From: Tubiluchus corallicola
Taxonomy: Eukaryota > Animalia > Priapulida
Direction: 5' to 3'
Length of the DNA stretch: 64,000 nt
Assembly: GCA_030141605.1 (NCBI GenBank)
Contig: JAQGDQ010000002.1
Coordinates: forward strand, 124,001-188,000
The translations under genes and the position numbers were made by a program. Positions within the stretch are counted from its first letter, which is position 1. Each line of letters begins with the position of its first letter. The notes under the pieces were generated by a model. That model searched no databases, was not told the DNA's origin, and saw nothing but the letters and a program-made list of their open reading frames with translations. This document shows positions 40,705 through 54,040 of the stretch, piece after piece.

Positions 40705-43700
40705 TTAATATACTGCTTTGTGCTTCACACTGTATTTCCAGCTCCACTCTGACTGTGCAGAACGCTGCACAGCACTTACAATAAATAATACTTCTCTGGG
40801 GTATATAGTTATTTCTACAGGTGAAGCAGCAGAAACCAGCATATTCTCAACACTTAAAATGAAAGACAATAAGTACCCTCTTCCTGTATCACATGTATTA
40901 ATTGCTTCAAAGGTCACGCTGCCCCATGGGCTCAGATATTCTCGGTATAATATACACAAGCATCTATCCCGAACACTAGGCATGCAGTAAGATTGAGAAT
41001 TTTTCTGAAATACTGCACGCTTTTTTGCAAATACATTCGTTAGTGGCCACATGCTTGTGTGCTGTTTACCATGAGAAATGTCACACACACAAAGTTTCAA
41101 ATCAACAGTAGAATCCGCGCAGGTGGAAAATTGACTATATTCTGTCATGCGTTCAAATGATATCAATTCCATTGCTACACTGTTGTCATTTTCAGCTGCG
41201 AGGACTGAAGAAACAGAAACAAAGAAAATCGCATTTGTGCTGCCTGGTGTTGAAATGTGTAGATCAAATTCCAGTGTTAAACTGCCCTACAAAAAGAACT
41301 TTTGCTACTTATTATTGTTCAGAATACAGTCAAAACTGCACAGTAGCTACTGGTAATAGGTTGCAGTTGCAGATATAAATTAAGTGCAAACTTGTCACAC
41401 ATATTCTCATCTAGATCCACGTGTCAGGCTGTCAGTTGCATTTACACATAATAGTTTGTTGAAATTTCATTTGGTATTGATAGCTGCTACTGTCAGCTGT
41501 TGCTAAATAAAATTAAATTCGGCTTGAAAATTGAACATATCATGGCATATTTCAGTAACAATAGGTGATCCTATTACAAATAAAAAAGAAGTCATAGAAT
41601 ATTGGTGCCATCATCGTCGTTGTTGTTAACTGTTATTAATCACACTGCACTGCATTACAGTGTGATTAACAACGAGCGACATAAGAAGAAAATTAAACAC
41701 ACATTCTAACTATATAGTAAAAATAAAATTAATGACATTGACACAAAAAGAGATTAGAGGTCTACGGATTGTGCAGAATAAACAAAAAAAGTTTTAAGTT
41801 GGAACTTAAAATAATTGAGAAATGGACGCTGACGTAATGGAGGTGGCAAGTTGTTCCACAGATAAAAATAAATGACATAAATCTGGTATATCAAAACAAT
41901 AACACGTGTTGACTAAACCGCAAGACTTGAGGTGAGACATTTCCTACTACGATTCCTTACCACTGCTGCACTTTGTACAGTATTATTTGCATGAAATGTG
42001 TACTTTTGTATAAATTTATCCGCTTATGTTGTCAAACTGCCCAAAGTTTGACAAGTCCCAAATGATCTCGTATTTTTTGCCAAGCAGTTTTTATCTAAGG
42101 TAGTTGCCAAAAGGTTTTTTACTTACATTAATCCTTTTTTGATTTTGCCAGTGACATATATACATGATATAACGTAAAAGTGTCAATAACACAGGTGACG
42201 CCATTGGCAAATCTATAATTGATCTGGTGTAAGCTAATGTACAGACCAATAAAAATCTTAACAAGTTCATTTATTACAGATCTACCTGTTTGTAATGTTC
42301 ATGTACACTTTGAAAACTTTGTGCTACAAGTGGCTCACAGGATTTTGCAAAAGTTGCTGACTCTTTTTCCATCCTCTGTTGCATAACTAACATGCTATTC
42401 AGTTGTCCCAGTGCAAATTCTATAATAAAAATATCCGTTATAGTATTACTTGCTAGGAACTGTGACTTCCTGTGTCATCCTTACATTTCACTGTTCTCCA
42501 TATGCAAAGTGACTAAAAGCAACTCTCTAGTAAACCACTATATATCTCTCTGTGCTCTCACCACATGGTAGGGGCACAATGAGAAATGGTGAGATGTATT
42601 GGAATCAGAGGTGTGGACCATTGCACCTCACCATCTCTCATTGTACGCCCACTACACCTTATTAATTTTTTAAATGGTTTTACCTCTTGCAGTGCCATTA
42701 CTGCACCTCATCGAGCCTTCAATACTTTCCAATGTCCCCTCAACACACCTCACCACATCCCCAGATGGCTTACAACTGACAAGTCTTTCATCATTCCCAA
42801 ATAGCAAGTCCCACTTAGTAGTGTGTGCAGACGTGTATGAACAAAGAAAAGCAACTTTGTAATAAGCTTTCAACTGTAACGCCAAGACAAAGAATAAAAT
42901 TTTCCAAACCAATTCTAAACTTGGCTAGAGAATTTGTTCGATTCCCACTCCTAATAATGATTGGTAACGACTAACGAGTAGTCAAGCACGTGACAAATAG
43001 AATGCTTGATTCCACTGGAAACTACCAAATTTAATTTTGAAAACCGAGGTAAAATACTATAGCCTTGTCACTTATACTACAAGTATTAAATTTTGGATAG
43101 ATAAACTTTGTACAAATATAATTCTGTGGCTACTAAATCAAATCCTGTACATAAACAAACTGCATTGTTAAAATGCGTTAGGTTAATCACTTTCAATCCA
43201 GTTTAAAAACTAATAAATTAAAGCTTCTATACTAAATCACATAGTGACTAAAATAAATACAGTTATAATAGTATCTGCACCAGTCCCCACAGAAAAGCAA
43301 TGTGTGCAGCTTCATCATTTTCGCCTGCAGTTTGCCATCTGTATTTTTTTCACTTTTATTGCAAAAAAATCTAAAGTTGCATTGCATCTTCAAGCTTAAT
43401 GATTTCACGACATAGACTGAGGCTATCAATCAACTTACAGACACACAGTTCATCATGATAATAATATTCAAATTTATAACCAAAAGCACCTGCTGCACAC
43501 ATCAACTATGGCTTTAAAAATAGTCTTCAAAAAGTTAAAAAATTGAATGAAGAATAAGCTAGATAACAGTTAAAGCAAATTACCAGCATAAACAATGTGT
43601 CTGGTGTCATTATTTGCCTGATTTTCATAGCCTTCACATATGCAAAGGTTTGGTGGAAGCCTTGGAATATCAGCACACGTTCTGTTTGGAGGAACAAGTA

Positions 43701-46700
43701 AAAATAAACCACTTGTGAATACGTGAAATTTAGCTGCAGTAGCAAGTCTTGACAAACTGGGTTTCTTGCCCGTTGCCAAATCTAGAAAAGTCATAACAGT
43801 GTGATGCAAATCAACCAAACTGACAAGACGATTCTGATTTGCTTTCAAATTCTCTGTTGCTTCAGTGCCTATTGTGTGTGCAACACTACTAGGTACAATA
43901 AAGAACAAAACTGGATTGTACATTTCAAGTCTTCCGCTACGTGATTTCACATATTCTCCATAAGTATTACCATGGTCGGAAAATATAATAGTAAGCACAT
44001 TATGCAGTTTTGAAACAAACTGTACATATTCTGCTAAGCTAGAGTCCAGTGTTTGAACACGAACGCCATAGTCATCATGAGCAACATTCGACGTGTAAAA
44101 TGACAAAAAAGGACGACCTGTACGAACAGATATGTTCTGATAGCTCATCAAGTAACGGAAAAAGTATTCATGTTGGTGTCTGCCATTATAACAAACTGAA
44201 TCAAGACCGTGAAAGGGATCAGGTTTCTCATTGATTCGAAGTACTTCACAGCTAGATAATGTCAAATCTATGCTGTCTATGGCTGCAGTGTCTAAAGATG
44301 CTTGAAATCTTTTCCACTTCTTAGCAAAACTTATTGACTTATTATGGACAGCCAAATCCTTCACAAGGCCCCATTCCCATTTCCAACATAAGTCTTCCAA
44401 CCACAACGTCCTGTAGCCATGCTGCTTAAATGGCTTGAACATTGCACCAATGTCTAGCGGTCGAACTGGCATACCTTGAACACTGTGGTATTTCTCATTT
44501 ACGTTTAAAATGCCAGAAAACAAAGCCTGTAAAGATTCATAAGTTCTGCTTTTTACACTTTGCACCAAAGAGTAATCTAGAATTTTAGCAATAGACTTAA
44601 ATTGCATGTTGAGCCTTCGAAATTCACTGATAGTGCGTGGCAAAGAGCGGTAAAAATGATCACGAGAAAGCGAGTCGATCATAATAAAGTTAATGCTTAC
44701 AGGACTGTGAAGTCTACGCACTTTAGCTACGTTTAACTTCAAATTATCTGCATCAGTGAATGTTGGTGGAAGAAGGAGTAGCTGGGACGCCGTGGTTTGC
44801 TCAGGATAATCATATTCGTTAGCATCATTTTGCAATTCAGACTGTGACACTCGGCAGCGGATGATGCAGAAACCATAATGCGGTTTGGGAGATCCCAAAA
44901 GAAGTTGCTTATTAATTATGTGCTGAAGTTCCACCAGAGAAGAATAATTTTGAAATGACAGTGTTCCATTTGTAGGCTGTATGATGCCTAGTTGAATGCT
45001 GTCTTCACAAACTGTAGAATTACACGTGGCTTGATAGGATCCAAAACCCAGTTGCTATGCGAAAAGAAAACAGATTAAGTCACCATTATTGCTGTTTTGG
45101 CAAACAAAAAAAAACTGTAGGTCAAAATAATCCACTCTTTAAAACATTGAAAGGGAACACACTATTTTTTCAAAAATGACTGAAAGAATTATTACCACAC
45201 AAATACAATTTCGCATCCACGCCACTAGTTCTTCGCTGTTACATGCATTTCACAATTCACTAGTTAGACGGGCACTAGCCCCTGCATTTTGAAAATGCAT
45301 TATACAATAACAGGTACTGTACCTCTCAGTTCAGCTGATGCGCGAGTGCAGCAGTAAATTTGAAATTTGAATTTGTATCTTAAAACATGCCTAGTTTTAG
45401 TACAACACACTGAATATCTTACAGTAGCACTGTACTTCAATTTTTGCTTTCGCAAATATGTGCAGTTGAATAGAATATTCTTGCAGTTGAAAATTATGTT
45501 AGTTTGTGATGTCACCAAACAGCTCCCCCACCGTTAATTAAGTTTTAAACTACCATTTAATGATCAGAAACACTTTTGCAATATTAATTGTGCTAAAATG
45601 TATACTTTTTATCGGACGAAAATGGGGTAATATATGAAAAATCATCCTGTCTTCCTTTAAATAGTACTTTCACATAAAATTAGCAGACAATTACGACAGT
45701 TGTAACAACAAATTTTGCATACTATCAAAATTGCCTGTATTTCGATCATCGTTGACTGAAAATTTAAAAACTAAATCGAATGACTTTTTTGTAGGGATGC
45801 CCACTAAATATATTACCAGCTAACAACCACTGTAACTAGACACTAAAGTAAACAGGTTATCAGTTTAATTAGATCGACAATATACAATATGAAAACAGAA
45901 ATCTCAAGTCTTCCCCACACATACTTGCAAAAATACCAAATGCATGTTATCTTTGTAAAAAGTAAAAGATTTCAAAGACCAGTGAGCTTTTTTGGTATCA
46001 AAAAACTAGAGAGTGAAATCATTATTATCATTGCCAATCTATTCCACCAATACGTTGAGGCAAAAATAAGAAGCAAACAAGCTCATAAATGTGATTAGTA
46101 AGTCAAAGTCAGTGGCAGCAACAGCAGCAAGCCTAAAAACAGTTGTGAAGGACTTTTTAAAATCATTTATAAAACTGTTACAATTACCTTTAAATTTTTC
46201 TTCATGATTTTATGCTGGCAAAATGGTCTGGTAAACATATTATGCCATAGTGGTACCCTTGATGGCTTTTCTTCACTATTTAGGGACGTACTAACCCAGG
46301 TTGTAATTATGCCACCAAAACTAAATTTAGCAATGGCTCAAATGTAGCTAACAGGTAATATAAGATGAATAAATGTGAATCAATGAATAACTTACTCTAA
46401 TTTTACATAAGTTATACTCATGTTGATGATTGCAGTTTGCAATTTCGTTCACATGAAACATTTCATGAGTGAGCCTGCAGGATCCATCACTAGGTTTGAC
46501 CTTTTTACACAGCACTCTGTTGCTTGGTAATCTACTGTTGATGTTCATCACAGGACAAAATTTTTTATCGCTACATAAAAAACACAAAACAAATAAAAAT
46601 AATGTATTAGATAGCAAGTATGAGAAAGTGCTTTTGTTCGTGATATAGATTATAATAGAATGAGAAATGAGCGACAGTAAGAATTTCGGTATGAATTAAT

Positions 46701-49616
46701 CATCCATTAAAAAATAGGTGTGTGAGCAGGCATCTGGGTGCCTGTGTACTGTGTAACTGGCTTTCTCTGCACAACTCGGCTATTACAACTACGGAGTTGA
46801 AAGCAGCCTCACTGGCAGTGTTTTTGTCGAGGTGTTTAATGTGATACAATCAAGATTCAAGAATATAAATGACCTAGGCCCCTAAATACACCCAGAGCCT
46901 GTTAATGGGCATACACGAGGCTGTTTTAGCACAGTTTAACTGATGCCAGTTTCTCCAGAATGAAAGCACAGACAGACTTAGTCCTTGAATGGCTAGGGTA
47001 GATTTTACTTGAAAAAACTTAGCACTCACTTCTTGTTAGGATTTTCTACCGGCAGCCTGTCGCATCTCCAAAATGAACGGGCATAGAGGTTTCTATGAAC
47101 CGATAAGTCTATATGATGCGCATTTATTTCTCATTTTGTTAGCAAACTTTTAGGCACAAAATAAAAATAAAAAGTTTAAATAAAAAACAAAAATTTTCTT
47201 CTAGTTACATTATAAAGGCAATGTTCAAAGGCTCATTCTATAGCAATCAAAATACAACAACTTCAAATCTCAGTAACAATATAATTAGCTTATAAGCAAT
47301 TAAAGTGTAGGGGTAAACTTCTATTATAAACCATTCCTGCACAATGTTTAACAAAATACAAGGCACCTAGAGCAATTTTTGATTGTGTCCACAACAACAA
47401 AGATGACGGCGGGGGATAGGACTGACCACTTAAGCTCCATAATTGCAATAGGCTCCATAACACACGCACGTGCGCACACCCACACTCACATGCATGCATG
47501 CACACACGCACACGTGCACACACACATCACGCATGCACACACACACACATCACGCATGCACACACGCACGCACAACACCCACACACACCCTCCCAACCAC
47601 CTACCCAATAATCTTAAATACTGTTAAAAGAAAAGAAAAATGATCTCATACAAGCACTTTATACCTTAACATTGATGCATATTTTGGATCAAAAGCAGCT
47701 CCGTGGTCTCGTATAAAATGATGGTTAGGATTTATAAAAATCCGCCGAGCAAACCGGAGAATAAGCAAGCTTATAAACACAGCTGCAACTCCCTGAAAAT
47801 TAGAAAATAAGACAAATTTATTGTACAATAAGTACGTCTGCACAAGTTTCGCCCACCAAGAAGCAATTAAAAGCTATGGTTAGCTGAAACATACAATTAA
47901 TTACACATTGCCAAATTTCGTATTCAATGAGTAGGTATAGCAGAGCTTGCTACGTGTGTTGCACAGACGATACAATCAGTCCAAGACTTTGCTCAGTTAG
48001 CCTGCAGACAAGTCAAATGACAAAAATTATTAAAAAAACAACACTGCATTGTTAAAAAAACTGTGTTTGGTAGGACATGCATTTCGTTTAAAACAACAAG
48101 CCACACTATCTTGATACTTTGGAACACACAGAAAAGTTACTGTAATAACAATACAACAAGCTGACATGTTCAGTAATAACTGAGTAACTGTTTTTGGGCA
48201 TTAAGGATTTCAAACAAAATGTTGTATCTTTCCTGCTCAGGTTAAGAAAATTATCACAAAATTAAAAGGACTGAGGGAGCAAGGATATTCATTTTTATAT
48301 ATATGATTATATTTTTATATACATTTTTCAGAGAAATTTCAGAGATTTACTTATGTAAGTAAAGCAACAATAGTTCTTAGTTTCCATGTAACTTAAATAC
48401 AGGATCACTATTTATTTCGAATGATCCAAATATGTTCAGGTTAATGCATTTAGAAATTATTAGAAGTCTTTTTTGAAAGTCTTCACACATTCAGCTGGAG
48501 ATATCAAGCAATTGCAATCAATACAATTTGGTGTTAGAGCCTTTTCATGCAGGGCACTTTCAAGTTGCATAGGATAAGAAGACAAAAATTTGTTTTTCTT
48601 AAAGGGAGACAGGATGATGTTTCATACACTACCCCATTTTCAAGTCAGGCAACAGGATGATGTTTCATACACTACCCCATTTTCAAGTCAGGCAAAAAGT
48701 ATAAATTTTAACAGTGTTTCTGATAATTAGATAATTAACTGCGGGAGAGCCTAATTATTGATACAATCACAAACTAATATAATTTTCAACAGCAAAAATA
48801 TTCTACGAGTGTGTTGTACGTGTTTGCAGAAGGGAAGCCTGAAGTACAGTGCTACTGTAAGACATTCAGTGTGTTGTACTAAAGCTGCTAAACGTGTGTA
48901 GTACATCACAAACTAACACATCTGAACTGAGAGGTGCATGCGCTAGTGCCCGTTAAACTAGCAAATGGCAAAATGCATGTAACAGCAAAGAACTAGTGGC
49001 ACGAATGCGAAATTGTGTTTGTGTGGTAATAATTCTTTCGCGTAAGTCATTTTTGAAAAAATAGTATGTTTCCTTTCAATATTTTAAAGAGTAGATTGCT
49101 TCGACCTACAGTTTAAGTTTGGGTCCGGTTTTGCTTCAATCTGCAAAGAAGATCAAATTCTGGGCATGAATCACAATTATTAGTTCATCATTAGCCTTTT
49201 CCATCCAGTAACTTGTCCAGTTAAAATCGCTTGCTGGCCAAGAAACAGAATAATCCAGTCTGTCATGCAAAGCATTTGGGTTGCTTACTGAGTTTTTTGT
49301 CCAATTTCGCATCGGTTTCAAAAATGAGGCCCCTACAAGGATATTTTGCCTCACAGTAAGTAAGTGGCAGAGTTTTCTATTGTGCAAATGAGAACGAAAG
49401 CAAGACCGACATCACAGCAAAAAAGATCTATTTATAAGAGTTACATTGCAAGCAGCAACCCAATGACCAAAACAAATTGTGTCTCATTTGAAAAATAATA
49501 TTTACAAAACATTCTGGCGCTGAAGCTAAACTATAGTCTATTAAACAAAAATCACATATTATTAGGGTATAATTTATTACCTTAACAAACCTGTTATACA
49601 TTCTCATGCCAACCAT
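40705..49616 (-). CDS. DUF229-family (alkaline phosphatase/sulfatase-like) type II membrane protein, 6 coding exons, about 841 aa
   Basis: Exons: 49581-49616 (MVGMRMYNRFVK, least certain), 47665-47792 (hydrophobic GVAAVFISLLILRF anchor), 46396-46570, 43584-45054, 42286-42419, 40705-41286 (TAA); total 2526 nt in frame. Motifs FIMIDSLSRDHFYRSLPRT, AHDD, IIFSDHG, NQNRLVSLVDLHHT and RTCADIPRLPPNLCIC fit DUF229 proteins. Confidence 0.85.
45112..45656 (-). mobile_element. Kolobok-like non-autonomous element fragment, copy 1
   Basis: Ends CCTGTCTTCCT|TTAA and aligns as a reverse complement over about 500 bp with 48603-49114. The superfamily is inferred only from the TTAA|AGG terminus. Confidence 0.65.
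47460..47590. repeat. Imperfect (CA)n/(CACG)n microsatellite
   Basis: cacacgcacgtgcgcacacccacactcacatgcatgcatgcacacac... Confidence 0.85.
48603..49114 (+). mobile_element. Kolobok-like non-autonomous element fragment, copy 2 (inverted relative to copy 1)
   Basis: Begins TTAA|AGGGAGACAGG, carries a 43-bp tandem duplication at 48609-48694, and is an inverted homolog of 45112-45656. Confidence 0.65.
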
Positions 49617-50529
49617 TGCTCACATTCAACATCAGTCTTTGGATCATTTCTGCATGCTCCTTGTAACACAGATTGAGCACAGTCTTTATACAAGGCCTTC
49701 ATGGTCTTCTAAACATCATTTAATACACAAATCAGGACTTGTCGCAATTTAGGCAATGAAAGACTATCCTTTAAATAGAGGATGGAAGAATTGTAGAGCC
49801 AAGGCTCTTTAGTACAATAGTAGAGTACAATATTTACTGATCTGCACACATCGTGTGACACACTGACACTAGGGCAGACATTTATCATTTAGCTTTGAAA
49901 ATTTAATGCTTAAATCAACAAAAAGTACATCATTTTAGTTGTACCAATACGAATTCACGCACTAGCTGAGCGATCACAGCAGCAGAACTTAAGCAACACT
50001 GTACTTGGCTAGTAAGTGGATAGAAGTTTTGTTGATGTAAGAGATATGTATATCTGAACAGTGTTTCTATTGGGAGAGTACCTCAACTTAGAGATTAGCC
50101 TATCCATGATAATGCAGTAGGTTCAGGCCCTGCCATAGCCATTAATATAACAAGCAGATCATGTGAACACTGTTTTGCTGTTTCCACTACTCCTAACCAC
50201 ATCAGTGGCACGGAAATATAGACCTCATATTATATGTTACAAGATTTTGAAAGAGTTGTTCCAGGGTTTCTAGTATAAGAGGCCACATCCCTCTTTTGCA
50301 GAAATTGTTCCCTGTAGGAATGCCTTGCCAAACGATGTGCATAGCGCACCAAATGTTATCTAGTATCTTCAAAAGCCAATGAATTCTTAGCGTCAAAGCC
50401 ATGTATCAAGTTTTAAAGGTAGATTATTCACTCATTTTACATATAGTAAACTCATAATCGTCTGGCATTTAAATGAATAATATTTTATACGATAACACTA
50501 AAATATCTCACAATTACTGATTCTATAGA

Positions 50530-51150
50530 TAGTTTTGTGTGGTTTTGTTTAAAAATATAAAAATTCATGATCTGCGCTAGAACCTGGAAGCTAGCTTATG
50601 GTGGCCACTAGAATTCGAAAAATTCAATATTACAGATACAACATTACAATATATACAAATATAAATATAAATATGGGTGGGAAGTATTAAAAATTTTATT
50701 TTACTATACAGTTTTTGAAAAAGAAAACAACAAATCATGATTGAGTCATCAGTTATATGTTTCGAGTAAGTTTAATTTATATATTTTTTTAAATATGGAA
50801 AGCGAGTTGACATTTTTAATAGCTGGAGCAATTGAATTCCATATGTAAGGGCCATTGTATTTAATAGAAAATTTTCTAACATTAGTGTTACACTGTATGT
50901 AGTGATAGTGCAGCCTATAACGTGTGCCGTAATTATGTATCTCAGCATTCAAACAAAAATAATCAGTAAATAAGGGAGGCAATAATTTATGAGAGAATTT
51001 GTACATGAAAATGGCAGTTTGGAACTTATTAATGTCGTAAATGTTTAGAAAGTTTAGTCTTTTAAATATTGGCTGTGTATGGTCCTGATAACCGGCAAAT
51101 GTTATAGCTCGCACTATTTTCTTCTGAATCAGATGAATTTTTTTCAATCG
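50530..51150 (-). mobile_element. 3' end of a CR1/L2-group LINE
   Basis: ORF 50749-51147 (IQKKIVRAIT...HTQPIFKRLNFLNIYDI...HNYGTR...GPYIWNSI...SLSIFKK) is a typical post-RT C-terminus of CR1/L2/Crack ORF2. The 3' boundary is approximate. Confidence 0.82.
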
Positions 51151-53848
51151 ACTGGAACCGATTGAATTGTGGTCAATTCAATAGTGACCACATATGAAGC
51201 ACGGGTGTGATACCAATAGGCACACGGTCCGCTGTGCCGATTCATCATATCGAATACACGATTGCTGGGCAAAACCTATAAGGACCTATATTGTGATACA
51301 ATGCCGAACTAGGCTGCAGCTCCGATTTAAAAAAGCTTGCACCTTTTTAGCCTTTTAAAATGATGTTGTAGTAACAACATTATTGTGACAAAAGTTTCAA
51401 TTGAAGATCTCTCTGCTATTGAAGATTTTCAACACGTTTCATATGACGCAATACAAGAAACCTTCTCACAAATTGGTGCATCGACTGGTATTTGCTGGTA
51501 TCCAGTGATCCATCCATGGTAACGTCAAAGTATACACAATAAAGTAGGGTTCGCGCAGTTAGTGTCGCCCTAGCGGCTATTCAGTACGGCCTGTTGTTGT
51601 CAGGTACGCAACAGCGCAGGCTGTGGGTACTGTAGCTGATGAATTGATGAGACCATCAAAACCAGCCCGGTTAACAGGCGCTCATAAATTGCTCAGCAGT
51701 GAGTTGCAAAAACACAAAAAGATATCTTTTTAAATTTTGCAAGGATGCAGCCAGGTAATTATAATAAAATGTTAATTATAACACAGCTTTGAAACTTTTG
51801 TTACTAGTTAAATATTTTATACGCTAAGCAAAGACTGCAAGGCCTACATCTCTCTTTTTTGGCGATTTATAGCAGCTGTTATCTTTTTGAATATTATTTA
51901 AAGCAACCATAAGGCGTTAGGTTAAGAATAATTTGTAGTTAAAATAAAAATTATTATAATCATATCTCATGAAAATTAATAGGCTTATTTACAAAAGAAG
52001 TTAAGAAAGTTGATCAAAAGAAAGAATACCTGGCTCATGTAGTATTCGATTTCTGGAGAAATATTTTTTCTAAAAAACATTTCTATTTCATATGTTCTTA
52101 TCAGGAAATATAACTTGAAGAAATATTAGGCCTGACTTTCATGTGTAATACCTTTCATAGAAAAAAAATCGATTTTTTCAGAAGAGCAAATAATTTTCCA
52201 GAACATAACTTAATCTAAGCATCTGCATGTTTGGTTAATTCCAAGTTAAAAATTAAAAAGCATATAATCATACATTGGCCTTTGTTATGAGTTGGAGTTA
52301 GTTATAAAATTTCGTTGAACAAGTAGAGATGAATTTACGAAATTACTCCTCTTTTTTATTATCAGTGAACAAAAAATAACTGAAGGAAACATCAGAGCTG
52401 TCATCCTAAGCAGCCGACATAACTTCCACCTCTATAACAACCAACTAACTATGTCAAAACCTAGTTAAAGAATTCAGGCGAGAAGCATAAATTAGAATCT
52501 GCACGCGTGTCATAATACCTTATAATATAATGTGCAGACATTACTTATATTTGGCCTAATTTTTTAAGATTCAGTTAGGCTTACATCAAAATAAATGTTC
52601 ATTAAATACAGTTTGCTTACGTGTAAAAAATGTACTTGTATAATGTTCTTTTGTTTTGTTTATTAATTAGACTCTTTAGTATTATTTTAATGCATGTACT
52701 TTGCAGCTTGATTCAGTTCCCTATTTGAAAGTTTGTTTAAATTTCTGTTTGGCTAGCTTGCTTTTCATTTTATTTAGTTTGTTTTTTATTATTTTTATTT
52801 AGTATTATTGTTATTATTTTGCATGTTTTTCTCATATTGAGTTATGCATGGACGATATGACAGCTTGAATTTGGTCATTTTTTGCACTAATGTTTTTCTT
52901 TTGCTAATAGGTACCATTACGACCTTTGTTACTTTATTAGTAAGGTATAAATCAATTTAAATGAAATTATTCATTCATCGCCGTCTATATCAAAATCGTA
53001 ATTACATATTAAGTTTCCTCATGTTTCCTTGCTGTTCATTACGTCTTTTACTTTATTTCAAAATTATTTCAATATTTATATCAAAATCGTAATTCCATAT
53101 TGTGTTTTTCTTATGTTTCGTTGCTATTATTACATCATTTACTTTATTACATCAATTTCATTGAGTCATCTACAAAAGCACGCATATCTTTAATAATTTT
53201 TTCATTTTCATTTAAGTAAGGTGAGTGTGTTAATACCGTATGGTCGTACACTCACCTCACACTACTCAAACTATTTTATTTATTGTTTATTTATGTGTAC
53301 AATATTGTATTTTGATGTGTGAAATAAAATTCATAGTTCATAGTTCCATATTTCTTTTAACTCTCTCTCTCTCCCCCTCTTTCTCTCTAAGAGAGGGAGG
53401 GAGAGAAAAATCAATAAATCAATGAAAAATGCATTACTTCTTTACATAGCAGGCAGCCCATCACGCAGTCAGCTAGCCTCTTTCCTCAGGAAAAACAATA
53501 AAATTTTACTTACAAGAAAACTGAACAGGCATTTGCAAGTACATAATACAAACTTATTGCTACAATTTTTTTCCTTTTCATGAAATGTTTTCAGTTTTTT
53601 TAAACTAATAATTGCTTTTAATTGAGATATACTTCTTTTATTAAAAACGCAAAAGTGATTTTGGCTTATCAAAATTGCACGTATGACAACACTACTGGTG
53701 AACTTAATAATATTATTATTACAGTCAATGCGGCGCTCCAAATTTTTTACTGAATGGCCGTTTGATGCCGCCAGCATAGCCGCTAATCGCAAAAAGGAAA
53801 TACGTAACAATAGGCTACTTTCGTCACTTCCTCTTTAAACACTTTGGT

Positions 53849-54040
53849 AACGTGGCGTTTACCAGACATCCGGAAATATGCGTTATTCACCTGCGGAACA
53901 GCTGCGCGTAAAAATATCAATAGAAAATAGCTGCAAAAAATAACGCATAACGTACGTCTGGGAAACTGGTGCATTGAAAACGATATAAACCGATTTTATC
54001 TATTCCGCATCCACATACGCATCTGGTAAGCGTCACTTAA
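53849..54040. mobile_element. MITE (Harbinger-like)
   Basis: Imperfect TIRs GTGGCGTTTACCAGA and TCTGGTAAGCGTCAC with TAA/TTAA flanks. Confidence 0.55.

Noticed and set aside
53500-53880. Promoter and non-coding first exon of the DUF229 gene (ETS-like CACTTCCT/CCGGAA, GTAAGT donor near 53513)
   Set aside because: Plausible but unsupported without transcripts, and part of the motif region lies in a MITE.
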